Shown here: positions 33,289-43,297 of the stretch, piece after piece
Numbering within the stretch: the stretch's first letter is position 1
Layout: each line of letters starts with the position of its first letter
Virus record (IMG/VR): IMGVR_UViG_3300046533_000687
Span: 1-64,000 of that record
From: a virus
DNA length: 64,000 nucleotides
Reading direction: 5' to 3' (one strand)
The notes under the pieces: generated by a model
The model's input: only the letters and a program-made list of their open reading frames with translations
Database searches by the model: none
Told to the model about the DNA's origin: nothing
Made by a program: the position numbers and the translations under genes

Positions 33289-33704
33289 AGCGGAGTCCGC
33301 ATCGACGATTCGCGTATCAATTGGCTGTGAAGCTGGGGCGAGTCAACGTCGAGGTGATGCTCCGCAGCTTCACAGCCAAGCAGCTCATGTGGTGGGAGGT
33401 CTACGCCAGGATGGAACCGTTCAACGAGCTGAGGGCCGATCATCGAGCGGCGATGATCGCGGCGATGGTCTTCAACATGGCGGTCGATCCGAAGTATCGG
33501 AAGTCGGCGAACGACAGGATGTTTCAACTCCTTTATGATGAAGAGCCGGAACCGGAGCAGAAGGTCGACCTGTTGAAGACGATCGAGGTGCTCTCGGTGA
33601 TCGAGAACGCGAACCCGCAGAAGCCCGAGCTGGTGAACGATGGATCGGGACGCAAGGATCTCGCGGAACAGTTGGCGCGGGCCCGTGCCGCGATGGGGAC
33701 GTAG
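33276..33704 (+). CDS. tail assembly chaperone frameshift extension (GT, -1 frame)
   Basis: Open -1 frame from A AAA AAA G through LAVKLG...EPF...RAD.R. Confidence 0.7.
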   Translation, partial: KKRLKRSPHRRFAYQLAVKLGRVNVEVMLRSFTAKQLMWWEVYARMEPFNELRADHRAAMIAAMVFNMAVDPKYRKSANDRMFQLLYDEEPEPEQKVDLLKTIEVLSVIENANPQKPELVNDGSGRKDLAEQLARARAAMGT

Positions 33705-36700
33705 ATGGACATTGGATCGCTCACGGGCAAGATTGAGATTGAGGACCTCGCTACGTCTACCCTTGAGAAGTTCGCCGACCGCGTAAAGGATTTCGCGGAA
33801 CACTTCGAGGGCATGGCCAGGGTCGTGGTCGAGGGGTCTGCAGTGGCAGTGGCCGCGATCGCCTCGATAACAGGAGCGGTCATCACACTCGGCGAAAAGG
33901 GCTCGACGATCATCGGTGTGACGGATGCGTTCGATAGGCTTGCGATCAAGGCCGGCACGACCGGAGAGGCGCTACGTTCAGGACTGTCAGAAGGCGTTAA
34001 GGGCACGGTCGATGACCTGAAGTTGATGGAGACGACCTCGCGTCTCCTGACGACCGGCATGAAGCTGACCGAAGACCAGACGCGCCTCATGGGCCAGGCA
34101 GCTCGCGAGATGGGCAAGGCGACGGGCACGGACGCGGCCTCTGGACTGCAGACGCTCAGCACGGCGCTGACCACCGGGAGAACCCGTACGCTGGCGATGA
34201 CGGGCATCGTGGTAGACCTGAAGAAGGCGGAGACAGAATTTGCAGCATCCCTCGGCACGACGGCCGATCAGCTCAACAAGGAAGGTAAGCTGGAGGCCGA
34301 CCGCATCGGCATCCTTCAGGCGACGCAGACATACGTCGACAGGCTCGGCGTCTCGCAGCTGACCTTTAAGGAACGCGTTCAGCAGGCACAGGTTGCGGTC
34401 GAGGAGTGGGGCGACAAGCTGGCCGTCTCGGTCGCGTCGTCGCCACACGTGATGGCGGCGCTGGATGCCATCGGCAAGGCGATTACAGATAACTTCGGCG
34501 GTACGGGACAGTCAGCACTTGAGGTGATTACTGGGTGGGTGAACAAGTTTGCTGATGCCGTTGCCGAGAATGGACCGCGTATCATTCAGACGCTCGGAGA
34601 GATCGCCAGCAAGATTCAAGACGTATACCGCGCAGTAAATGAACACCTTGATGATATTGAAACGGCGATCAAAGTTATCGCGGCATATGCAGCGGCCTGG
34701 GCCGTGCTGGAAGTCGGCGGAGTTCTTGTTACTGGCGTGATTGCTGGGATCGATGCTATGACGGCAGCTGCGGTCAGTGCGGGAGCTGCCGGAGGCGGTA
34801 GTGGCCTCATCTCTACGATCCTGTTTGGAAGTGCCGGCGCCGCTGGAGCAGCGGCTGCTGCAGCTCCGGTCGCACTCTTCGTGTCGATCACGGCCGGCTT
34901 GCTTCTGATCGAAAATTCTCTCAAGAGCCTCTACGCCGAATGGACCAGGGGAAGGTCCATGTGGGATATCCTTTTCAAAGCCGAGCCTGGAACCGCTCTG
35001 GGAAACCTGTTCGGAAGGACAGCACCGCTTCCCTCAACGTCGATCGGAATAGCAGGTGCAACTCCACAAGGTGGAAGTGGAGTATTGTCGATCGCTCCTC
35101 CAATAGCTGCGCCAAGCTACATCAAGCCGCCCGATACGAAGGCCGTCGAAGCAGCGACGCAGGCGAGCATCGCCAAGACCTCGGAGCTGTGGGACCAGTA
35201 CTTCTCGCTCATCGAGTCGAGGAATGGCAAGACGTTCGAGTCGATGGCCGCCGACGTGGAGAGATGGTACACCGAGCAGCGTGCGACGCTCGACAAGTCC
35301 ATTAAGACGAACAAGGACTACCAGAACCAGCTCGAAGCGCTTAATGCGGTAGCAGATGAGAAGCGACGCGCGGTCTCACCGAAGACGTACATGGAAGCTG
35401 CGACACGTGCAACGCAACTGCTCGACGCGCAGATCCACGAGCATCTCATTCCGACGTTCGTCACGCTGGAGAAGAACATCAACGGGATGTTCAACGGGTT
35501 GAACGAGAAGGTTCCGCTTGTCAGCCACGCCCTGCAAGGCGTCTCACAGGTGACGGGACTCGTCGGCACGGAGTTCACGAGCGTCCAGAAGGTCATCGCG
35601 GATACGATGGACAAAAACACGAAGGCGTTCTTTCCGTTGTCTGAGGTCGAGAAGGCGCAGGTGCAGCAGTTGCACGAGCTTGGGTTCGCGGCGGAAGAGA
35701 TCGCTCCGATGTTCGGCCGAAGCCTTAGCGTGATCACTCCCATCGTGCAGCACTTCGGAGAGGACCTGAAGAAGGCATTCTCGAACACCATCAAGGGATT
35801 CCCGGACCTGCTGGTGCAAGCGTTCACGGGCGGTGGCGGATTGTCCGGCGCGTTGTCCGCGATCGGCGCGCAGCTTGGCAACGATCTTGGCGCGGGCATC
35901 GTTAAGAATTTCGGCAAGTCCATCACGAACGTGCTAGGTGACACGCTGGGCGGCGCCATCAATACCTTCTTGCCAGGCATCGGATCTCTGATCGGTACTG
36001 GCATCTCTGCACTGTTGAGCATCGGGAAGCCGAGTAAAGAGGAGCTTGACGCTCGATCGAAGCAACTCGATCTCGTGAAGCAGCTGGCGGCTGGCGCCAC
36101 GGCGGCAGAAAAGGCCGAGATCGCCCTCAACCAGGCAACGTTCAAGACGGGACCGATCTACTCCACGCTGGCCGTCGTCGGACGTGACGCGATGCTCGCG
36201 ATCGGCAAGAGCGCGGCGGAGGCTGGAGAGGTCGTCAAGGGACTCCTGAACACGCACGATCCGGCCGTGTTCGCGGCGGCGATGCAGCAGGTGCAAGACG
36301 CGCTGACGCTGCAGAAGACGGCGACGAACGCGCTCAACGACGCGCTGTCCCGTTACAAGTTCACGACAGAACAGCTCGGCCCTGCCCTTCGTGCTCAGAA
36401 GCTCGACGAGCAGTCGCAGCAGCTCTACAAGGATTGGCAGGTGCTCACGCAGGCAGGCATCGACGTGTCCGCCGTGACGCAGCAGATGAGTACGGACATT
36501 GAGGACTACATCACGACGGCGATAAAGACTGGGACCGAAGTGCCAGAAGCGATGAAGCCGATGCTCCAGTCGATGATCGATCAGGGGCTGTTGACCGACC
36601 TTGCGGGTAACAAGATCACGGACCTCGCGTCTTCCGGCATCTCGTTCGCGACGACCATGACGCAAGGCTTCAAGGATATCGTGACGAGCGTGAAGGAGCT

Positions 36701-37154
36701 GACGGACGTCTTGCGACGAGGATTGGGTCTGGCGATCGACGAGACGGTCACGAAGATCGGTACCATCCCACGCAGCATCAATGTCGACGTGAACCTGAAC
36801 GGGCCCTCGCTACCGGAGGCACCGATTCAGTTCGATAATAGCTACGGTTCGACCGGCGGTACGATCTACGCCGCGATGGGCCGCGTCCTTCCGTTCCAAC
36901 CGCGTGGCACCGACGTCGTCCCGGCCATGCTCACGCCAGGCGAGACCGTCAGGACGACGAGTCAGGAGGCGCAGGTCCAGCACGACCTACAGAGGGGGAC
37001 CGGCACGGTCATCGACATGCGCGGCTCGATGGTCCTCGACGGTCCGTCGCTCCAGCGCTTTATCGACACGCACGTGTGGAAGAAGATGGGCGACGCGGTG
37101 AACGTAAGGGACGTGGGCGGAGCGACGAACGTCATCAAGAAGGCGGCATCATAA
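33705..37154 (+). CDS. tape measure protein
   Basis: 1149 aa Ala/Gly-rich helical protein, MDIGSL.G.I start, GTDVVPAMLTPGE C-terminal motif. Confidence 0.9.
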   Translation: MDIGSLTGKIEIEDLATSTLEKFADRVKDFAEHFEGMARVVVEGSAVAVAAIASITGAVITLGEKGSTIIGVTDAFDRLAIKAGTTGEALRSGLSEGVKGTVDDLKLMETTSRLLTTGMKLTEDQTRLMGQAAREMGKATGTDAASGLQTLSTALTTGRTRTLAMTGIVVDLKKAETEFAASLGTTADQLNKEGKLEADRIGILQATQTYVDRLGVSQLTFKERVQQAQVAVEEWGDKLAVSVASSPHVMAALDAIGKAITDNFGGTGQSALEVITGWVNKFADAVAENGPRIIQTLGEIASKIQDVYRAVNEHLDDIETAIKVIAAYAAAWAVLEVGGVLVTGVIAGIDAMTAAAVSAGAAGGGSGLISTILFGSAGAAGAAAAAAPVALFVSITAGLLLIENSLKSLYAEWTRGRSMWDILFKAEPGTALGNLFGRTAPLPSTSIGIAGATPQGGSGVLSIAPPIAAPSYIKPPDTKAVEAATQASIAKTSELWDQYFSLIESRNGKTFESMAADVERWYTEQRATLDKSIKTNKDYQNQLEALNAVADEKRRAVSPKTYMEAATRATQLLDAQIHEHLIPTFVTLEKNINGMFNGLNEKVPLVSHALQGVSQVTGLVGTEFTSVQKVIADTMDKNTKAFFPLSEVEKAQVQQLHELGFAAEEIAPMFGRSLSVITPIVQHFGEDLKKAFSNTIKGFPDLLVQAFTGGGGLSGALSAIGAQLGNDLGAGIVKNFGKSITNVLGDTLGGAINTFLPGIGSLIGTGISALLSIGKPSKEELDARSKQLDLVKQLAAGATAAEKAEIALNQATFKTGPIYSTLAVVGRDAMLAIGKSAAEAGEVVKGLLNTHDPAVFAAAMQQVQDALTLQKTATNALNDALSRYKFTTEQLGPALRAQKLDEQSQQLYKDWQVLTQAGIDVSAVTQQMSTDIEDYITTAIKTGTEVPEAMKPMLQSMIDQGLLTDLAGNKITDLASSGISFATTMTQGFKDIVTSVKELTDVLRRGLGLAIDETVTKIGTIPRSINVDVNLNGPSLPEAPIQFDNSYGSTGGTIYAAMGRVLPFQPRGTDVVPAMLTPGETVRTTSQEAQVQHDLQRGTGTVIDMRGSMVLDGPSLQRFIDTHVWKKMGDAVNVRDVGGATNVIKKAAS

Positions 37155-37981
37155 TGGGCAGCTTCTACTACGCAACAGCAGCAGACCGTTTGGCGGTGAC
37201 GTGGGCGCTTGACACGGGCACTGCGCGCACGGGCTACGAGGTCGCCAACCTCAACGCGCTGCCTGGCCTCAACGACCCGAGCTTGCCGCTCTGGATCCTG
37301 GAGAACTCGATTCGCATCACGGCCGACCTCGGATCTGACAAGGTTCTCGTCGGTGCGTTTATCTTCGCGCACACGTTCGACGCGGCGCTCAACGTGCGCT
37401 TCCAAGCCAACGCGTCGAACAGCTGGGGCGCACCGACGCTCAGTCAGCCGCTGACGATCAACAGTCCATATAACAAGTTCACCTGCCACGCAGGCGTCGA
37501 CCTGCGCACGGCGCTGCCGAACGCCATCGACCGGACCTTCCGCTACATCTCCATCGCCAACCTCTCGGCGAACAGCAAGACGGTGGCGATCGGCGAGGTG
37601 TGGATCGTCACGGCCTACGCGCCGCTCGGCATCACGCGGGAATTCAGCCTGCCGAAGGATGAGATCACGGTCAGTCAGGATAGCAGGCGCGGTGTGCAGA
37701 CGGTCTACGGACTCGGCAGCCGCCGTCGCGACATCGCGGCGAAGATCCGCCTGCCCATCGCTGACGCCAGCCCGGTACTCGACTGGCAGGATACGCAGCA
37801 GGGCAACCTGAACCTGACGGTCGTGCAGCTCGACGCGACGAGCAGCGAGCGCAGGCTGTCCGAGCCGAGATTGTGTCGCTTCACGGGGATGCAGGATCCG
37901 ACGGCGGTGAACGAGATGTCGCAGTACGAGGTGTCCGTGAACCTGCAGGAAGTTGGGCAGGGGGAGCCGGTGAACGCATGA
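37154..37981 (+). CDS. distal tail-like protein
   Basis: Directly after TMP; RYI.I, IGEVW motifs. Confidence 0.55.
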   Translation: MGSFYYATAADRLAVTWALDTGTARTGYEVANLNALPGLNDPSLPLWILENSIRITADLGSDKVLVGAFIFAHTFDAALNVRFQANASNSWGAPTLSQPLTINSPYNKFTCHAGVDLRTALPNAIDRTFRYISIANLSANSKTVAIGEVWIVTAYAPLGITREFSLPKDEITVSQDSRRGVQTVYGLGSRRRDIAAKIRLPIADASPVLDWQDTQQGNLNLTVVQLDATSSERRLSEPRLCRFTGMQDPTAVNEMSQYEVSVNLQEVGQGEPVNA

Positions 37982-38145
37982 TTCCCATCACCGGTGACTC
38001 AGTGGCGTACATGGCATTCTGGCTTCGCACCATTATGCTGATATTCGGTATCTTGATAGGCATGCTTGCGGTATTTTTCTTGATGCTGCGCTTCTGGATC
38101 GTTCCGGCGATCGTGAACCCTATTGTTGCAGCACTTGGAAGATAA
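37978..38145 (+). CDS. small membrane protein
   Basis: Hydrophobic 55-aa ORF, lower GC. Confidence 0.45.
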   Translation: MIPITGDSVAYMAFWLRTIMLIFGILIGMLAVFFLMLRFWIVPAIVNPIVAALGR

Positions 38146-38952
38146 ATGGCTGTTCGCGCTATTGCGCCAACGAATCTTCAACGAAATGGATCGTTCCTTA
38201 ATCTTCAGTGGTCGTGGACCATTATGAAGTGGGTAAGGCCTGATACATCCACGCCTGGAGGTGGAGATTATCGGCTGTATTTCTTTCAGGGTCTTCCAGC
38301 CTATGTGCAGTTGGCCTCGGATAACGGGATGGACAACGTCATCCTGTCAGCATGGGATGGAGCTACCTATCACGATACTTCGGTCGCATTGCCTTTGAAC
38401 GCGTGGACCCATCTGGCGATTACGCATAATGCTTGCACGCACGTCCTTTCGCTGTATGTGAACTCTGTTTTGGCTGGCAGTTTTGTCTTCGACATCACGA
38501 CGGCGAGCTTTACTACAACGACGCAATATGGACTCGGCGGTAACCCGGCATCGCTGAATGACTACAATGAAGCGATAGCTTACGACCGGATCTTCCAGCG
38601 TTGTTTCCCCGCGACGCTGATCGCTGATGAGATGAACAGCGCAACGCCTGTTCATCTCACGGGTCTGCTTGCTGATAATCCACTGAATGATATCACGGAT
38701 CTGACCGACGCTAGCGGGCACGGGCATACATATACAGCTCCGAGTCCGATCTTTACGAGTGCTAGTCCAACCTTGCCGGGCGTTACGGCACCGAGTACGG
38801 ATAATCCAGATCCTTGCATCATGGATGGTAGCGTTTCATCATGCTCTGGTGGTGGAGAAGTTAATGTTGTCGCCGATCCGCCTGACGGCCAGCCGTTCAC
38901 TGGGCGCGACCTGAAGCCGGAATCGTGGATTGAGATTACATTTGATGTGTAA
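38146..38952 (+). CDS. LamG/concanavalin-A-like tail protein
   Basis: WT...W..P, WTHLAIT, LYVN, IA..RIF. Confidence 0.7.
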   Translation: MAVRAIAPTNLQRNGSFLNLQWSWTIMKWVRPDTSTPGGGDYRLYFFQGLPAYVQLASDNGMDNVILSAWDGATYHDTSVALPLNAWTHLAITHNACTHVLSLYVNSVLAGSFVFDITTASFTTTTQYGLGGNPASLNDYNEAIAYDRIFQRCFPATLIADEMNSATPVHLTGLLADNPLNDITDLTDASGHGHTYTAPSPIFTSASPTLPGVTAPSTDNPDPCIMDGSVSSCSGGGEVNVVADPPDGQPFTGRDLKPESWIEITFDV

Positions 38953-38967
38953 CTGGAAGGCTAGGTG

Positions 38968-40023
38968 ATGGCAAGACGCCTCCTCTTTTTTGACGGCTTC
39001 GCACTTGGTCCAGGAGTCGGTGGCGCTCCGAAGATCAGCACGAAGTACGGAGCCGGTGCTATCTTTTCTATCGTGCAAGGGCGCACGGCCTCGACCTATG
39101 CCGCAGCGATCGTCACGCTGTCTGGCATCGGGACGCGCGACCTCGGGGTCACGCCCGGCAAGGTCTGCTTCCTGCAGCTCGCGGGGATGTATCCGCGAGG
39201 CGAGGAAGGACACTTCCAAGGGCAGATGTGTTCGGTTGACGAGACGCTCGGCATCCAGCATGTCTATGTCAGGGGAGTGGATACGTCTGGTCACCTTGCC
39301 GCCTACAATGGCAACGGCACGCTGCTGGCCACGTCGACCGCCGTCATGATTCCGGACCGCTGGTACGTCATTCAGCTGAAGGCGTTCATCCATGACACGC
39401 TGGGCACGCTAGAACTCAAGCTCGATGGCACGACGTTCATCTCGCTGACCAACGTCGACACCCGCAACGGTCTGACGGGCAACTGGGATCGTGTGTCGAT
39501 TCAGCCGTTGCTCTTCGGCAGCACGAGCTGGTTCGTTGCAGACCTGAACGTCTGGGAAGGAGACGCCGGCGATCCGTATCCGAGTCGCACGCTCCGCGTA
39601 CTCACCAGTCACCCGAAGAGCGGCAACGGGACGCACGTCGACTTCGTTCCGAACACCGGTACAGACCACGGAGCGTTGGTCAAAGAGGTGACGGCCGACG
39701 ATGATACGACGTACGTCGACAGCCAGACGTCCGGCGCCCGAGACTCATACTTCTACGATCCGTTTGACATCGGGATCTCGTCCGTCGTCGCCGTGCAGTT
39801 GAACCCGTACCTCAAGCAGACGGACGCCGGCGCGCGCAGCGCGAAGTCGTTCTTTCGTCTTGGCGGCGCGGACTACGATCATCCGGATACGATCAATCCG
39901 ATTCCAACAGGATATGAGTATCGACCGCAACTCTGGGAGCTGAATCCGGCGACCGGCCTTGCGTGGACGGAAGCCGAGGTCAACGCGTTGACCGCCGAAC
40001 TTGGGCTGAAGGTGGAGACATAG
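38968..40023 (+). CDS. tail-associated lectin-like protein
   Basis: LLF.DGF, WY.I.LK, G..ELK.DG, NPATGLAWT.AEVN. Confidence 0.6.
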   Translation: MARRLLFFDGFALGPGVGGAPKISTKYGAGAIFSIVQGRTASTYAAAIVTLSGIGTRDLGVTPGKVCFLQLAGMYPRGEEGHFQGQMCSVDETLGIQHVYVRGVDTSGHLAAYNGNGTLLATSTAVMIPDRWYVIQLKAFIHDTLGTLELKLDGTTFISLTNVDTRNGLTGNWDRVSIQPLLFGSTSWFVADLNVWEGDAGDPYPSRTLRVLTSHPKSGNGTHVDFVPNTGTDHGALVKEVTADDDTTYVDSQTSGARDSYFYDPFDIGISSVVAVQLNPYLKQTDAGARSAKSFFRLGGADYDHPDTINPIPTGYEYRPQLWELNPATGLAWTEAEVNALTAELGLKVET

Positions 40024-40025
40024 GC

Positions 40026-42653
40026 ATGAAAAGAGTCCTGCTCGTTTTGTTGACGCTGCTCGCGTTGTGTGGACGCGTTGAGGCGGCGGTCTTCGTCGCG
40101 GCCGGGAATATCAACCTGTCCGGCAACTGGCTGACGACCGACGCAACAGGGAATAATTACGTCGTCCCAACGACGACGCCAGCTCTATCAACAGGCAACA
40201 CCGACTCGTCGACATTCGTCCTCGGAGCTAGTCAAGTCGAGGGCATGGCGGTCTGGCTCGCCTCAAGGGCTAACGGTTCTCCGTCGAATACCATCACGGT
40301 TATCCTTCGGAACAGCACGACGTCTACGAATACCTGCTCAGTCACTGCCAACGTCAGCGATCTGCCGACTGCTAACACGACCGAAGGCAACGGCGGCTGG
40401 TTTCATCTGAAGTGCGCGTCTGCGTTCACACCGAACGGAACCGACTCATATCTGATACGCGCGACGCTGTCATCGACCTCAACTGCCGTGTCGCTATACG
40501 CGAGCAGCGGGAACAACTTCGAGCGGCTGGTTGTGCGAACCGCGACTGGAACGCCCAGTACCGGCGACGACATGTTCGTTCAGGGCGTCTTCGACGGCGC
40601 ATCTAATCCAGCCACGACGGCGACGGTCACGCTGACGAACGACAACACCGCGACGACGGACTTCGGGTCGGCGAGTACTAATCAAGCCGTGGCTGCTCTG
40701 GTCATCAGTAACCGTGGGACGTTCGCCTACGGGACGGCTACGTCAACGAATTACTATCTGAAGCTGAGCGGCTGGATTCGCATCGCGAACGGCGGCGTGT
40801 TCTCAATGGGAGCGAGCGGGGCAGAGATTCCGCGTAGCTCAACGGCGGTACTGGAGTTCGACTGCTCAGCCGACGGAGACTTCGGCGTGCTCGTCAACGA
40901 CGGCGGCACATTCTATTCGTTCGGCCTGTCGCGAACGAGTGGGAAGAACGTCATCTGGACGCTGCTCACGGCGAACCTCGCAGCCTCTGGCACGTCAGCC
41001 ACGGTCGCCGATGACACCGGCTGGTTGAACGGAGACGTCCTCGCGATTGCCCCAACAGCCAGAACCTTCTCTCAAGGCGAGACGGTCACGCTAAACGCCG
41101 ACGCGACATCGAGCGGGCTGGCGTGGACGACCGGCACGACGAACGCGCATCTCGGACAGGCGACCGATAAGGCGCAGGCCGAGGTCATCCTCCTCACGCG
41201 GAATGTGATGATCCGGTCGGCCTCGACGACAGGCATGTCGAGGATCACTGAGGACAACGGCGCGACTATCGACATCGAGTGGACCGACATCCGGTACCTC
41301 GGCTACGGCGGGCTGTCAGCGCTCGGAGCAGTCAACAGCAACCTGACAACCTCAGGCTCTATAGCGCTGGCCTACGACACCATCCGAGACGCTGACGGGA
41401 CGGCGCTGTCGTTCGGCGATCTAGCGACGACCGGAGTTTATAGCGTCCAGCATGTGACGATGTGGAACATCGACACGCAGAACGTCAGCAACGCTTCGAT
41501 CTTCTCTCCGCAGGTTGGTACTGGGCCGGGACCGGGAACCCTCAGCGACATCGTCGTCATCGTCAACCATGCCTGCGGTGGGTCGACTGGTTGCTTCGGC
41601 ACCATCAATACGCCGTGGCTGTCGGCCACGATCACTAACATCCGTATCAGCGGCGGCAGCGTCGCCTTCGGCTTCACTTGCAACAACGCGAGCGTCAACT
41701 GTTCCGGCGCGACCATCGACGGACTCGTCGCCCACAGTAATAGCGGCAGCGGCCTCAACTTGTTCTCCGGGCAGAACAATGTGACCTACCGCAACGTGAC
41801 GATGTGGCGGAACGGCGGCGCTGGGTTCGATACGCAAAGCACGCAGGCGTCGAACTTCTCCATTGAGCACGGCCTGTTCTTCGGCAATACGACGAGCAAC
41901 ATCAACATCGGCAACGGCTCGAACCTCATCGGGTTTCACGCGGTCGACCTGAAGATGTACGGCGACACGTCGTTCGCCACGACGAACGGTCTCAACATTC
42001 CCGGCGGCGGCGTCGGCATCACGCTCGTCGGACGGATCGATGGGTGCGACTTTGGCACATCGAACGGCTCGCTCTACACGACACACACGAACGACATCGT
42101 CCTGAACGGGTTCGACCAGATCCAGCTCACGCTGAGTAATTGCAAGCTGGCATCGACGACCGAGGTCAGCGGGACAATGAACCCCGGCGCGACTGGGTTC
42201 ATCGCCTACCAGAACCACGACCTGACGGCTGGCGATAACTTCGTCCAGTACCCGCACGGTCGCGTCTCCCAGAACGTCGCCACTGTTCATAGCCCGGCGA
42301 CGACGTCCGAGAAAATGACGCCGACGGCGGCGTTCTCGTACCTCAAGCTGGTCTCTGGCACGAAGCTGACGGCCGTCAACAACACGCACGGCGCGACACC
42401 GTGCGTCTGGATGCAGAAAGACGGCAGCTACAACGGGAACGCGCCGAGGCTGATGCAGGCGGCGAACCCGGCTGTCGGCGTCAACTCAGACACGGTCCTC
42501 GCGACCTCTGTCCTCTCATCGTCTGGTAGCTGGTTTCAGGTCTGCGGCGCGTCGGCGGCGTTCACAGACAACGGCGTCGGGACGTGGTTCGTCGATGTCG
42601 ACGGGACCGCCGGGAACGTGTACATCGGCGACTGGTCAGTGACGATCAACTGA
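40026..42653 (+). CDS. large beta-helix (G8/pectin-lyase-like) protein with N-terminal signal-peptide-like sequence
   Basis: MKRVLLVLLTLLALCGRVEA; AEVILLTRNVMIRS; beta-helix rungs. Confidence 0.7.
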   Translation: MKRVLLVLLTLLALCGRVEAAVFVAAGNINLSGNWLTTDATGNNYVVPTTTPALSTGNTDSSTFVLGASQVEGMAVWLASRANGSPSNTITVILRNSTTSTNTCSVTANVSDLPTANTTEGNGGWFHLKCASAFTPNGTDSYLIRATLSSTSTAVSLYASSGNNFERLVVRTATGTPSTGDDMFVQGVFDGASNPATTATVTLTNDNTATTDFGSASTNQAVAALVISNRGTFAYGTATSTNYYLKLSGWIRIANGGVFSMGASGAEIPRSSTAVLEFDCSADGDFGVLVNDGGTFYSFGLSRTSGKNVIWTLLTANLAASGTSATVADDTGWLNGDVLAIAPTARTFSQGETVTLNADATSSGLAWTTGTTNAHLGQATDKAQAEVILLTRNVMIRSASTTGMSRITEDNGATIDIEWTDIRYLGYGGLSALGAVNSNLTTSGSIALAYDTIRDADGTALSFGDLATTGVYSVQHVTMWNIDTQNVSNASIFSPQVGTGPGPGTLSDIVVIVNHACGGSTGCFGTINTPWLSATITNIRISGGSVAFGFTCNNASVNCSGATIDGLVAHSNSGSGLNLFSGQNNVTYRNVTMWRNGGAGFDTQSTQASNFSIEHGLFFGNTTSNINIGNGSNLIGFHAVDLKMYGDTSFATTNGLNIPGGGVGITLVGRIDGCDFGTSNGSLYTTHTNDIVLNGFDQIQLTLSNCKLASTTEVSGTMNPGATGFIAYQNHDLTAGDNFVQYPHGRVSQNVATVHSPATTSEKMTPTAAFSYLKLVSGTKLTAVNNTHGATPCVWMQKDGSYNGNAPRLMQAANPAVGVNSDTVLATSVLSSSGSWFQVCGASAAFTDNGVGTWFVDVDGTAGNVYIGDWSVTIN

Positions 42654-43297
42654 TGGCTGATGATTGGATCGATGGCAAACCAGACCCCGGCCTTGGGCCG
42701 AACAGCGGCGACAATTGGATTGATGGGAAGCCGGATCCAATTCTGGAACCGACGGGCGGGGATCTGTCTGCTAGCCTCCAGGAGACCCTCCGGGTCACGG
42801 AGTTCGCGTCAGGCCCGCTGCTCGCCGCGCTCCTCACGGAGCACCTTCGCGTCTCGGACACAGCGCTCGTCGTTCAGCCGGTCGAGCTGTTCGCGTTCAT
42901 CGCGTCGGAACACGTTACGGTTTCCGACGCGCTGGTTGTGCAGCCGATCTTTCTCTCTGTATCTCTTACGGAGACAATTCGGATTCGTGATACTCCGACC
43001 ACGCACATCTTTCAAGGAAAGATCCACCTCTCGCAGGAGCCCATCGAGGTCCTGGATGACGATGGTGAGACGCCGTTCATTCACCTGTCTCAAGAGCCAC
43101 TCGAATCGCTGGTCGATGACGGCATTGAGCCTGTCGTTCACCTCTCGCAGATACCGATCGAGGTGCTTGTGGAAGTTGTTACGCAATGCATCTCCGGCGG
43201 GCAAGTGCCCGTCCTTGACGATCCACCAGACGGGCAGCCGTTCGTCGGACGTAACCTCAATCCGCGCTTGTGGTTGGAGATAGACTTTGACGATTAG
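42653..43297 (+). CDS. repeat-containing tail adaptor protein
   Basis: WIDGKPDP x2, E(T/H)LRV[ST][DE] x4, HLSQ.P.E.L x3, C-terminal DPPDGQPF module. Confidence 0.65.
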   Translation: MADDWIDGKPDPGLGPNSGDNWIDGKPDPILEPTGGDLSASLQETLRVTEFASGPLLAALLTEHLRVSDTALVVQPVELFAFIASEHVTVSDALVVQPIFLSVSLTETIRIRDTPTTHIFQGKIHLSQEPIEVLDDDGETPFIHLSQEPLESLVDDGIEPVVHLSQIPIEVLVEVVTQCISGGQVPVLDDPPDGQPFVGRNLNPRLWLEIDFDD

